Positions 38,072 through 50,579 are shown, counted from the whole stretch's first letter. The stretch is DNA of 61,744 nt, filler included, from Ionaspis alba (GCA_964255285.1; 4 parts of 4 records of this genome joined end to end with filler, not necessarily neighbours in it), one strand, 5' to 3'. Notes: generated from the sequence alone by a model not told the origin. Made by a program: numbers and translations.

Positions 38072-39839
38072 ATGTCAGCAACCATCATTGGAAGTGCAGG
38101 TTGGGACGATGAATACAATAGCGATTGGGGTGAGAACTTCGATGAGGCAGTGACAAAATGCCTTAGGGAGACCAGCTGGGAGCAAGTCGTAGGACTCTGT
38201 ACCAGACTTCGGGGTGGTGTCCCATGCATTATCGGCCATAAAATAAAACATGGCTCCAACAATCTTGTGAGGCTGGTCGAGTTCCACGATGGGAAGAAAT
38301 GGATCGTACGGGTCCCAATTGCCCATGATGATCCAAGATGGGCCGCAAGTCCCAGCACCAAAATCAAGGTAGAGGTAGCAACGTATAAGTACATCAAGTA
38401 AGATTCTCCACTAAAACAATGATACACGATGGCTAATCAGCACAGGGAGCACACGAGCATTCCAGTGCCCGAGATATATGCGTACAGCGCCGACGTCGAC
38501 CAAGACATCGGATCGGCCTTCATATTGCTGGAGTACCTACACGGCACGATTGCTCTCGATTTCGATCTTGACGAGGATAAGCTGAGAAAGGTGCACGAAC
38601 AGTTGGCATCCATTCAAAGCGAGCTTGCAATGCATAAATTCGACAAGATCGGAAGCCTAGTCCTTGACGATGCTGGCAACTATTCGATCGGAACGGACAT
38701 CGAAACGAACGAGGGACCATATCGTACCGCTGAAGAATACTATGGTGCAGTCAGTAACCATCGCTTCCGATACAATGCCGATCAACTCTTCTCAGACAAC
38801 CTTGTTGCGGAGCAGCTTCAACACAAGCTGTATCTGCCCCTTATATTCAACAACATGATGCCGACGCTCACCGATTGTGCTAAAGATTTGGGACCATTCT
38901 CGCTTGCGAACCTAGATCTTGGCTTCAATAATATTCTTCTCGACAGTGAACTCAATATTGTTGGGCTGATCGACTGTGACATTGTCATTGCAGCACCAAT
39001 CCATGTTGTTGCCCAAACACCCAATTTTGCGCGATTTGATAGACCACCTCCAGGCTTGAGAACCAGGGACGAAAGTGCAATGGAGGATTATGAGAAAGGT
39101 ACCCAGCGTTTTGAAGCATACATTGAAATGCTCAAAGCAGCAGAGGAGAAACTCGGGTGTGACAACGCAGTATCAGATGCCGCCACTTCAGATGCTGCTG
39201 CATTTTTCAGGGGTCTGAACCACTATGCCTTGTCAGAAGACGACTTGGAGGCTTGGCAGCAGAGCTATCTGTATATGTATTTCCGGAAAGTGAAAGGTAA
39301 TCAAAGTCTTTCATAAAATAGGGATCATCACTGACTGATTTTCAGGTCCGTCTTACGCGCAAGAATTTTCCGAATTTCGGATCTGGTCAGACGACAATGA
39401 AGACGAAGAAGGATCAGATACAAATAATGCTGACGCAGAGCACCAATCGTCAACCCATACCAAAATACAGAATGATTGGGAGCGGGGCGGCGACTGGTCT
39501 CAAAATGACGATTGGGGAACTTGGGACAATAATGACAGTTGGGGCCAGGAGGATGACTGGAGCAGGCCGAATGACGAGAACAGCCAGGCAAGTACCATGA
39601 CTGCAGAAAATGAAGGCCCTAAGAAAGAAGCGGAAGAATATGATCACGAGGACGACTCGCCGCCAAGCCGAGTACAGAAAATTACTGCTGCCAAAGACCT
39701 TGCGGCTCTGGCACGACAGATTCCCGTCACCGCCTTTTTACGAAGCAGACTTAGCGACATGGTGGAACACCTCCTGGATCTGATCATGCCGACATCATTG
39801 TTTTGGTCGCATCCCTCAAGGTCGTCCTCAATGGCCTGA
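38072..39839 (+). CDS. APH/choline-kinase-like phosphotransferase family protein with acidic Trp-repeat tail, 3 exons (introns ~38398-38445 and ~39297-39345)
   Basis: GSNNLVRLVEFHDGKKWIVRVP, EVATYKYI..HTSIPVPEIY and DLGFNNILLD..IVGLIDCD. The second GTAATC..CTGAC..CAG intron links in frame to the ORF ending at 39839. Confidence 0.78.
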
Positions 39840-40436
39840 TACTCTCAATAAGGCCAAGTACATATTCTTTTCACTCTTGCAGTCTTGACTCAAAGGAACC
39901 TGGCAACTCAGAACTCCACCTGCTAAAGTGAGAATAGAGGAGAAAAGCAGACCTGCACGATTGGGCAAGGTTACCTAGGGAATTTGCCCAAGTCGGTTGT
40001 GACACCCAATTGCTCGAGTACAGCCATCCATTCTTTGTCGCGGCAGGGTAACTGGCCCTGAGGATAACAGATAAATCATTAGTCTTTGAGAGCGTGTGCT
40101 CAGTACTGCAAATAAATTAATGCTCATATCACAGGATGAAATTGTTGGATATCAAACGCATGAAATTCGAGGCTCTGGATGATTCCATCAAAACCGCACT
40201 AAGCTAGCTCCATCTCGTAATCAAAACCACGCTATGAATTTCTAAGCCTTGGCAGCAACCTTCAACCCTCAAACACCCTCTATACCTCGCGCACATATCT
40301 TCAGTCCCCACATAACCTACTCATCGACCTCTAAGCCAACTACAACACCTCCGAGTAAAGCTTCTCAACATCTAGCAGACATCTACCATCTCCAAAAGCC
40401 CATCCTCACCACATCTACCTCGCACCACAACCAAGT

Positions 40437-41138
40437 ATGGCGAACTACCTCGCCTCCATCTTCGGCACGGAACAAGACAAAGTCAACTGCTCCTTCTACT
40501 ACAAAATCGGCGCCTGCCGTCACGGCGATCGCTGCTCACGGAAACACGTCAAACCCTCCTACTCGCAAACCATTCTCCTACCAAATCTCTACCAGAACCC
40601 AGCCTACGATCCCAAGAACAAGATGAACGCGTCGCAGCTGCAGAATCACTTTGACGCTTTTTACGAAGACTTTTGGTGCGAGATGTGCAAGTATGGCGAG
40701 ATTGAGGAGGTGGTGGTTTGTGATAACAATAATGATCGTAAGTCACACTTTCCACATTTACCTAAGCTTGTCTATGGGGGGAACTTGTGCTGACAGTTGC
40801 GAAATATAGATCTCATCGGCAACGTCTACGCACGCTTCAAATACGAAGACAGCGCGCAATCAGCTTGCGATGCGCTCAACTCCAGGTGGTATGCCGCACG
40901 CCCCATCTACTGCGAGCTCTCCCCCGTTACGGACTTCCGCGAAGCGTGCTGTCGGCTGAATAGCGGGGAAGGATGTGTTCGCGGTGGATTTTGCAATTTC
41001 ATACATCGGAAAGAACCGAGTCCGGAACTGGAGAGGGAGTTAGAGTTGGGTATGAAGAAGTGGCTGAGAGCGAGGGGGAGAGATGAGAGGAGCGCGAGTC
41101 GGAGTGCGACGCCTGAGCCGACGAGGAAGAGATATTGA
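40437..41138 (+). CDS. U2AF1: Splicing factor U2AF small subunit (U2AF35/U2AF23), 2 exons
   Basis: [40 protein letters not shown] domain; second CCCH finger [16 protein letters not shown]. Confidence 0.97.
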
Positions 41139-41668
41139 TCGAAGCATTGAAGGTGATTTGCGGACGAAGGACTCGGGAGCCTTTTCTTTAAGTTGGCTCT
41201 CGGTTTGGTGCACGGGACACCCATAGGCTGATCGCATCATCAAGCCAAAGTGGCTGGCGTTTGAGGGATCTTTTCGCAAAGAGCGCGGCGTTCCTTGCGG
41301 CGGGATATAGTCTAAAGATCTAGAATCTTCTGCAAGTGTAGATCAAGACTTTAAAATACAGAATGACAATCTCGATATTGCATAGTGAGCATTATATCAT
41401 TATCTCTATCTTTCCTCACATATCAGCACAAAGCACCGGTTCGTCTTTGTGTCCAAGATTATCCAAGCCATAACTCGCCAGCAGTCTATGCTGCGCCAGA
41501 ATCCAAGTCGAGATATCATAGTACCGTAATCCCTTTCTATCCCAACATCAATGTTCACAACTTTCTCACCCACCAACAGCAATCTCCTCACCATATACTC
41601 CCTCCCAGCTCTTCCTCAAACCATTATGAATCCTCCCGTCACAATAGTCGGCCCTACTCGGTCCACTA

Positions 41669-42032
41669 TCAAGGAAAGCTGACCTTCTCCCCATGCATAA
41701 ACCACCCATGCCTATTCAACCACAACAACACCACTATTATCACAACCAACAAGCAGATGAATCCCAGTATCGACGCGCAAAGCATAACACGGTTGCGGCG
41801 CTTTTTCTTGTGTTGGCGAGCGAGCCAGGATTCTCTGTCAGATGTTAGCTACCATACTGGTGGAGAGATAGGGAGTTATGGGGAAGACGTCGGTGGATTG
41901 GGAAACGTACGAGTGTTTGGGCTCAGGTCTTGATGACGTGGAGGACGCGGCGGGGTGGGTAGAGGCTTCTTCGTCCAGGTGCACGGCTGTGGAGAAGCGC
42001 TTCCAGAAGGCGGGGTCGCGGACGGCTGCCAT
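41669..42032 (-). CDS. Small (95 aa) C-terminally membrane-anchored protein, 2 exons (42032-41911, 41834-41669)
   Basis: MAAVRDPAFWKRFSTAVHLDEE...; intron GTACGT..GCTAAC..CAG (76 nt); exon 2 SESWLARQHKKKRRNRVMLCASILGFICLLVVIIVVLLWLNRHGWF. Confidence 0.8.
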
Positions 42033-42962
42033 TGTGTACGGATGGTGGTGATTATGGTGGCTGGAGCTAGCAGAGCTGTAGAAGAGATAGAGGTAGATGT
42101 AGTTTAGGTAAGAGTGACGCCGTGGTCCTTAGAAGAAGCGTGGAGATCGTGGTTTGGTGGTGCAATTAAATGAAAGGTCGACTCGTGAGTATCGTGTCCA
42201 ATGCCGCGTCGAGCTTCAAGCCGTGTATTAATCTTCGAATGTAAGGGAAAGACAGACTGATCGTTCTCTGGACGAGAATAGGCGCGTGTAAGGAGGGTTT
42301 AATCGAGCAGTAGAAGCAGTTGGAGCACGAAAGAGTGAAGTACCCCAGACTCTAATACCGCGAAGACAATCGGAAAGGACAGACAGGCGATATGACCGCC
42401 AACGGGAAAGAAAAGCCTGCTACTGCAGTATCAGGTCAGAAGACACACGCCGACATGCAAAGAAGAGAGCGCAAGAGGACAATTCGGAGCAAAAAAATCG
42501 ATGTTGCACAGCATATATGGAGTACATACATACATTCGACATTGGAGGCTTTTCGTGCTTGCGCGCGTGCCCAGAGTCCCCAGGGCTCAGGGGAGCAGAA
42601 GATTGCTAGAAGCGCAATTTGATAGGTCCACAATTTCGAGATTGGGGGTTCCCCCGATCTGAGCCACTCAGACGGCCCGGAGACGCTTGAGCGACATGGG
42701 CTGGTCCGTTGAAGCAGGGAAGTAATGGATGGCGCCGGTGCGAAAGTGGACGGTGGACGGATGTGGATGATTATTGCGGCTTGATTGTTTTGTTTGGTTG
42801 ATGTGCTTTCGGGGGTTGTGATTGGCGGGATAGGTGCAGAGCAGGGAGCCGGAGATTGGATTCATTTTCCGGGCTTAGCGCTCAGGGGAAAGAAGCTTTT
42901 CCCGAGTTGTAATTTCAACGTCTATCATCATTATCGTGATTATTATTGAGCGGAGAGTTGGG

Positions 42963-43412
42963 TCAAGATCCTTTCATGTGCTTGAGGACTTGCTTTTCGC
43001 TTTCTACCAAACAGTCTTCTTGCAACTTAGCCAGCTTGCTTGAGAGATTCGCAAGTTTCTCCTCCAGTCTCTTCGTCTTTTCCTCAATTTGATTGCTCTG
43101 CTGCCATATCGCATCCCTCTGGAACTCCTTTGCGCGCTTCTCCGCTGGGTGGATTGCGTGCTCGAACGATCTTGACGCCTTTTGCCACTTTTCGAAATTA
43201 ACGTTGATGGCCTTCTGTTCTCCTTCGATCATCATTTGAAGTTGACTCTGGTATAGTTGACCGGCCTTGAGGAGATTCTCTGGAGAGATCTGATCGCCAT
43301 CGTCCCCTCCGCATTGGTTTAGCAGGAACAGTGGAACGATCGACTCAAGACTGTCGGAGAGCTCGATCTTTTCTTCTTCAGGAGCAGAATCTTTACTCTG
43401 GCGCTCCCCCAT
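42963..43412 (-). CDS. Orphan HLH-like/coiled-coil protein (149 aa), paralog of the 44201 ORF
   Basis: ATG 43412 gives MGERQSKDSAPEEEK..SLESIVP..LLKAGQLYQSQL followed by a heptad-rich tail. Confidence 0.55.
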   Translation of the reverse strand: MGERQSKDSAPEEEKIELSDSLESIVPLFLLNQCGGDDGDQISPENLLKAGQLYQSQLQMMIEGEQKAINVNFEKWQKASRSFEHAIHPAEKRAKEFQRDAIWQQSNQIEEKTKRLEEKLANLSSKLAKLQEDCLVESEKQVLKHMKGS

Positions 43413-43750
43413 GACAATTGTTCTTTCACAGCTTCCACAGAAGGGCAAGATCTCTTCTTGATATTTTTCAGATGAGTTATGAAAGCCCGTCACAGATTTG
43501 GATGTCTGCAGAAGGGCTCTGTCCAAGACCCTGTAGCCCTTTTTCTATGATTGGGTTCCTTGTTTGAATGTATGGAGCACAGTCATATCCTATTGGTGAA
43601 TTGTTGTTGGCTCTGTTTGTTGTGGACCACAAGCCTTCTTTCCGCTGCCANNNNNNNNNNNNNNNNNNNNNNNNNNNNNNNNNNNNNNNNNNNNNNNNNN
43701 NNNNNNNNNNNNNNNNNNNNNNNNNNNNNNNNNNNNNNNNNNNNNNNNNN

Positions 43751-44201
43751 ATTGAGGTGTATCCTTTTCACCTTGCTCCTCTTTGTCTAACCTCTCGAAG
43801 GCATCCGCCATCGGAACGATAACCCTCATCAACTTCTTGAGGTTCATTTCCCACTCTTCAATTCTTCCCTCACTCTTGCCGATTTGATTCCTAAGACTGT
43901 CCACCGTTTCTCGCGTCTTCTCAATTCCTATCCATTCCATCCATCCTTTCCCATCCCCTCTCATGATCTGTTCTATCAAACTCTCCCGCATTACAATGCA
44001 TGCCCGTTCTCTGTCCAAGTTTGTTCGAAGCTGATCTCGGTACGCTTGGCCTGCCGTTAGAATTCTCCGTATCGGAAAGGTGGGGCCTGGACCTGCATGT
44101 TCGTGGATCAAATCTCGAGGGATAATATGAAACAATTCTTGTGTGGGCCTAGCTGGGTCTTCTTCGTCGAATTGGTGGTTATCTGAGGACTCATTGCCCA
44201 T
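43751..44201 (-). CDS. Orphan HLH-like/coiled-coil protein, running into the gap 43651-43750
   Basis: MGNESSDNHQFDEED..ELFHIIP..ILTAGQAYRDQL followed by a coiled coil. Confidence 0.55.
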
Positions 44202-44793
44202 AATGAGACGTCAATTACCTTGGCCTTCGAGGGACAAGTGAGGACTAATAATTTTAGAGTGTACGCGCTTGGGCTTCGAATATGCAGAGGATAAATGTAG
44301 CACTCCTTGCTTGAAAAGGGAGACCTTCTTATACGGTGGGTTTATCTTGTTTGATGGTTCCTTGGAGATGTTCTGTTGCTTACGTGTCATTGTGCTGGCT
44401 TTCGTTATTTGCGTTCCAGCTTGTCTTACGATTCATCGACAATCGGTTCTCCGCAACGTGTCATTCATTGCTCCTAGATGGATTCTGGGTGACGCGGAAG
44501 TTTTCAGAGCACAAGTCCTTAGCTAACGATGGCATTGACGGTCGAAGTTGTCGATCACGAACCAATCCAATCTATCATTGCTGTAATCTACCAGCGGCAC
44601 ACAAAATACAAATCGAATTGGATACAGTACGCTACACATCAAATATGTAAGAGCATGAGTTGACGAAAGAGCTCATGCTATCTACGATCTCAAGCACGCC
44701 AGTACTCTGTTCGCAATCCCAAGACTCTGTCTTTTCGTGATCTCGGTTTCGCTGAACGCTGCAAACTTCCAATTTGCTGAGGTGGATGTCTCT

Positions 44794-45186
44794 TCAGACC
44801 TGCTCCCAGTCTTCCAATACCTCGTCCACTTCCGCCTTCGCTTGCTCGCGCTGGGATTCCAAGGCCTCAAGTTTCGTGATTGCTGCATCTAGTTGGTCTT
44901 TCAGACACTGGACTTCTGCAATCGTTTGGTTGTGCCGGGAGTCCAGGACCTCAAGTTTCGTATTCGCTGCATCGAGTTGACCCTCTAGAGACTGGACTTC
45001 CGTTTTCGCTCGATCGCGCTCGCGTCTCATGGATTGTATATACGACTTCGCTGCTTCTACAACGCTACTCGACTGAGTCGGCGTTTCACTGCTGTTTCTC
45101 TGAGTACCTTGGAGTACATCGCGCTGTCTGGCCCTCTGGTTTTCTCTCATAAAGCGGATGTTGAGTGAGGTCATGTTACCGGACAT
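44794..45186 (-). CDS. Coiled-coil protein with an 84-nt (28-aa) internal repeat; possibly prematurely terminated
   Basis: EVQSLEGQLDAANTKLEVLDSR and EVQCLKDQLDAAITKLEALESQ repeats; the frame stays open 53 codons past the TGA. Confidence 0.5.
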   Translation of the reverse strand: MSGNMTSLNIRFMRENQRARQRDVLQGTQRNSSETPTQSSSVVEAAKSYIQSMRRERDRAKTEVQSLEGQLDAANTKLEVLDSRHNQTIAEVQCLKDQLDAAITKLEALESQREQAKAEVDEVLEDWEQV

Positions 45187-46310
45187 CGTGTGATGGTATT
45201 TTTGCCGGAGATGCTGCTTTGAGTGGAATTGTGGCGGTCAACCACAAGGAAGGAAAGCTGAAGCTGCTTTATATTGTGCTCTATGGGCTGGTTCGATCTA
45301 CCAGATCAGGTTTGGTCTTCACTACCCGCTTCGATTTAGTACGTGTCGTGGACAACAAGTTTGATACGTTGCCCTCCACGTCTGCCCCCATTGCTTAAAT
45401 ACGGCGTCGGACAGATACTGCCCGCCAGCAAATTCGCCGCGAGTGATTGCCATTGTCTTGTGTCGATGTTGTGCATCGAGGTCGTCATTTAGATCTGTTG
45501 TACCAGTACAGGCCTTCAATTGAAGACGTAAATATAATGTCGTCCACGCTTGTTTGTTTGCTTCAGAGAATTCGGCTTGCAATAGCAGAACCTTGACGCA
45601 AAAGACTATACACGATGTCATAGTTGAGCAATGAACTCGAAATGGTATTGTCCTGATTTTGGCTGACTGATATGTGCTAGAAAGGGAACGAAAATATGCA
45701 AGTGCTGTGTATATCTCACAATTCTTCACAACCACCTTCTTCGTCCCGTTCGTGTCATCCACCAACTCCCGAACGTCCTCGTCGCTCAAGCTCGTCTTAA
45801 GCTTGTCAATTGTCTTTGGATGGTTCTTACTGTTGGCCATAGCGTTTCATCACTATGACCGCTCGGCGGAAATAGCGCAGCTGAAGTTCAAGCTCAGTCT
45901 TGTCTGCTGCCCTAACGAGGATTATCTCGTCGTCAAAGTTGCCGAAGTCTTTCAGGCAACAATTAATGTGTCTTTCGTTGACATGTTCTCGAACATTTTT
46001 AGCCCTAAACCTATTTGATGTGTCTGATTTCTGTATGGCACAGAAAACGGCCTGCCTATCCATTATTCTGTTCCCCTTGTCCTATCTATTCACACCAAGA
46101 TCCGAGGATTCATCTCAAACCATCAAGGCTTCTCCATCGAATAATCACGCTCATACCCATCCACCTCCAGAATCTTTTCAGCATTATTGATGAGATCGCG
46201 AACACCGATACAAAGATGCGGAAAGCGGACCTACGCCAATTCAATGGACTCTATCGCAAGCGAGAGAACAGAGGTCAACTCGTCTTTAGATCTGTTTTCG
46301 GGACGCATTC

Positions 46311-46410
46311 NNNNNNNNNNNNNNNNNNNNNNNNNNNNNNNNNNNNNNNNNNNNTTAATTAATTAANNNNNNNNNNNNNNNNNNNNNNNNNNNNNNNNNN
46401 NNNNNNNNNN
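46311..46410. other. Artificial scaffold spacer
   Basis: N44-TTAATTAATTAA-N44. Confidence 0.97.
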
Positions 46411-49400
46411 GGTCTGGGGTTATGGGGCGGGATGGCGGGAGGTTTTCCTTGTCCGCAAGGGGGTCCGGCGTGGGTGTCGTGGTGGACTTGGATGGAAGGG
46501 TAGGGCTGGACTTTGGTCCGTGGGCGGACGGGATGTCCGCTGTTCCGAGGAGGCTGGTGGTGGTGGATGCGTTTTTCGGGGAGGGAAAGAGCACTCGACG
46601 GGTGGATTTGGGACTGTCATCGTCGAGGATGATGGGGATGTGCTTGGTGCCTAGAAAGCGACCGGGTGAGGATTGGATGGCTCGTTGAAGGGCGGCGATT
46701 GCAGACGCGTCGACGGCGCTGGAGGGTTTAGGTCGGCTCTGGAGACTCGTTTGGGCGCTTAGTGCTCTTTGCCTTTTCAAAGGTGGGAGTTCAGGTTCTT
46801 CTGGTCTATCGTTGTTTTGAGGGGGATCATCTGTGAGTTCATCGAGATCGTTGGACGATGAACCGCTACAAGGTGCAGTCATGGCCTCGGACTTGATGAC
46901 AATGTTGCTGGATCCATCCATGGCTGCTCCTCCGGATGTATTTCCTGCGGTATTCTTTGTCGAGGCGATGTTCTCTTTCTTCTTCTTGCCACCTCCCGTC
47001 TTCACGCTACTGATCTTGCGAGCCCCGTTTTTCTCCCAGTAGCTCCGTGGGCGCATGTTCTTGTGGTTATGCAGCCACAAACCACATGCTTAACCAACAT
47101 CAGCCGAAAATACCGAAATCCAAGAGGCACTACTTACGATTGCATAACAAGATATCCGTAAACCCCTCATCGGTTTTGAGAAGGGTCTTCTTGAATATCT
47201 TGAAAAGTTTTGTCGATCCATCCTCATTCGTCTCCAATATTTGACATCCAACAACGCCACCTTCCTCATCCGAAATCACTACAAGCTCCGCAGATCCACT
47301 ATGAGCCTTCGAGAAAGCCTTGCGCCATGTTGGTGTCTCTATTGAGCCACAATTGTCGCAGAAAGGTGGCATTTCTCCTGCCGCGATTGACGACGCTAAT
47401 TTGCTTTGAATAGCTTTCTTCCTCTTTTCGTTGTCCCAACTTCCACGAGGCTTAGAACGGGGAGCTTGCAATCCCTCAGAGCCCATCACTGCATCAGAGG
47501 CCGGATGTTGCGCTTGACCTGACCAGGTTTGCGACCGTTGAAGACTGCTCGGTCCTGGTCGGATTGGATCACTTGCCACGACAGGCTGCGCGAGGTTACC
47601 AGAAGATGCTGTTCGACCCAAAGCTCGAGTCGAATTTCTTGACTGTCGTCTTGATCGAGCTACAGCTTTCTCCTCAGTCTGCTCCTGCTGTGGTGGTGGT
47701 GGTGGCAGAAACGGTTCCGACCTCAATGTCTCTGCTAAGTCCACCCGAATAGGCTTTGCGGGGTTTTCATCTACCCTTCTCGCATACTGAGTCGCCATTT
47801 CTAGATCGAAATCATCGACTGGCCGATCTTCATTATCATCATCCTCTCCAAACAGATCATCCATTGGGCCACTCATGAAGCCGGAATCTTCGTGACGTGG
47901 TAGACTGGGAAGCCTGGGTAAAACAGGGCTAGAAGGAGGAGAAGAATTTCCGCGAATGATTGGTGGAGAAGATCCAGGTTCAGCAGGTGTACAGCCCATG
48001 CTGCAAGATCGGCTATCTTCCGGCGAAGTCATGGCGGAGTCGGGAAGTTTGGGAGGATCTTCGGACATGGTATATGGTGACCTGTATTCCGGATCACCGA
48101 CTGAGAATGACTCACGACCGAGCCGGCTCCTAGCTGCGGGTAAAAGCGGACGTGTAATCTGATTGGCCGCTCGTGGTATGGGCGTAGGCACCCTCGGTGG
48201 CTCCTCCAACGAATTTGCTGGGTTCGTCGCAGGACGTACTGCCGTTGGCTGAAATACTCGAACCGATGCAGCTGTGCTTGCAGCCACCCTCAGAGAATCG
48301 GGCTGCTTCCCAAAGTTGCTTCTTGCTGGCCAGTCTGCTTTGGTGACCTTGGCTCTTTTTTTGGCTGGACCTTCCTCGCCGCGATCCTCGTTGCTAACAT
48401 ATCCGAGATCAATCGAGTTGCTCACAGAAGATCTTCGTGCTTGGTTACCACGAGTCGAAGCTCTAGAACCGGTCCGCTCAAGACTCTGATTTGAGGCCAT
48501 CTGAGTAGTGCTGGACTGAACACTTGGAGCAGGACTGCCAGCTCGGTAAGACTCTTGTCCACAAGTACTTAGAAAGCCGTCCGTTCGTTGAAAAGAGGAT
48601 CGATCCCTTGACCCTGGACGACTATAACCTTCATTCATCAACCGCTGAACGTGTTCAATGCCCATGTCTCTTTGTGCAAGCCCAGCGGCAGGAGATTGAC
48701 TTCTACTCTGCTCAGTTCCAGAAAGAATACCAGGATTTGCCTGCAGGAAGTTTGTCCATGCTCGAGCATCGAATCCTTCCGGCATCATTTTGCTGATATC
48801 TCGGTACTTCCGCATACTCTCAATGTACTCGCTCTGAAGACAGGTCGGAACCGGGACTAGCCGAAGCTTCACTTCCAAGGTTTCTTGGGTACCGTTCGAG
48901 AATAAACCAAGTATGTTTTTGCAGACGCGACCAGTCACCACAGTTCTCGACTGGTGAGCGGGTGCTGAGGGAGTCGTCGAGGCTGATGCGAGGACCCATG
49001 AAAGCATTCCCTGACCAACTAATGGCGTTTCATATTCAGAGTAGTCGTAGGCATATACAGTATAGTCTTGGCCAAGCTTGGCAACGAGCTCTGGACTGGC
49101 TGCGACAATGGCTTGTATACATGTCTTGAGAGGGATGACTCCGATCTGTGTGGTTTCGTCAAGGAAAGCCGTACGAATGTTTATGACATGAGGCCATCGA
49201 GCGAGGCAGTTCGTTTTATTCTGGTCGTCGAAAGTGTAGAGTACTTTCACTGCCCTCAAGATGTCAGCTGTCTTGTGCCAGCCACCGGGAAATGTACACG
49301 TACACCTCATTGGCCGCACTGATATGTCACTTGATCCTTGGTCAGACGTATCATCTCTGCCACTTGGTCCAGGAGAAGACGCGGTCTGCCGGTCAAAGCC

Positions 49401-49433
49401 CCCATCGCTAGGAGCGATGAAAGGCGAGGACAT
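46411..49433 (-). CDS. AMS2: Ams2/Spt21-like GATA transcription factor, 3' end truncated at the scaffold edge
   Basis: N-terminal KVLYTFDDQNKTNCLARWP...DYTVYAYDYSEYETPLVGQGMLSW; GATA-type finger CDNCGSIETPTWRK...CN.CGLW with a long insertion. Confidence 0.88.
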
Positions 49434-49998
49434 GGCCAATGGGCGATAGTTTCCAGCAGCTGTACAGAGCTGCGGAAGGGAAATTGATGTCCAGTAAATA
49501 ATCGGGGTTCATACGCAGCCTATGAGAGTAACATATCTGGTGCGTAGAGTCAGAATACTAGCGGCGATATCCAGTCTGCTCCTGAACGAGAAGCTCGAAG
49601 CCTGTGGAGATACTAGATAGAACGAGAGGAAGGCTCAAAGATCACAAACGTGATAGATGTCTAGGATTGCCTGACGAGGCTTGTTATGTATGAATTGGAT
49701 ATGTGAGACAGTGTAAAGGAAATCCGGGAGTGCGCATGGAAAGATGGTTCCACGTACCCAGCACATACCAGCCCACTTTTAGCACCTCCACACGCGTTTC
49801 GTGGTCGCGATCCACTAAACAAAGCCGAGGCCAAATACTCTCTAGCGGCTCTTGGCTAGCTCAGCTAATCCGAAGCTTTGAAGACTCGCTTGCGCTAGAC
49901 TCTTTCGAGCAATTAGGAACTCCAATCCTTCAGCACGGCGGAAAGGCGAGAGACAACTCACACTTTTCCGCGGCCGCGCATCCCTCTTTATCTCAAAG

Positions 49999-50579
49999 AT
50001 GTCAGACGTCAAGATCCAGTGGGTGACTCATACTTGCATGACTTGGGCCACATGATTCCCAGCCGCTAATACTGCGACAGGGATCTGTTAAACAAGCCTC
50101 GCAACGAACTCACGTATGTCTACAGTTTTACTTTTTGATCTGGCCTTGCGACGCTCAAAATTTGCTGCGGTCGCACTTCTCATCCTGCTTCCTGCTTACT
50201 GAATTTTGCCACTAGAGAGTATGAGATCGCCCAGCTCGAAGAACATGAATTTACCTCCGGCCCCCTTTCTATCCTTCAGACCGCAGTTCGATCACACACC
50301 CAAGTCTTGATATCATGTCGCAACAATCGAAAACTACTCGCTAGAGTCAAAGCTTTCGATCGGCATTGCAACATGGTGCTGGAAAACGTGAAGGAGATGT
50401 GGACAGAGACACCCAAGACGGCAGGAGGGAAGAAAGGGCGACCGGTCACAAAGGATAGGTTTATTAGCAAGATGTACGACGGATTTCTGTCCTCCGCACC
50501 CCCTCGGCTGTCTTCAGTTGCTGACGTTATCAATAGGTTCTTGAGAGGGGACTCGGTCATATTGGTGTTGTTGAGCTGA
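49999..50579 (+). CDS. SMD2: Small nuclear ribonucleoprotein Sm D2, 4 exons
   Basis: [55 protein letters not shown]...[16 protein letters not shown]. Confidence 0.96.

Noticed and set aside
40437..50579. Splicing genes U2AF1 and SmD2 in the same window as the spliceosomal-intron tRNA
   Set aside because: They lie on three unlinked scaffolds; co-occurrence is coincidental.
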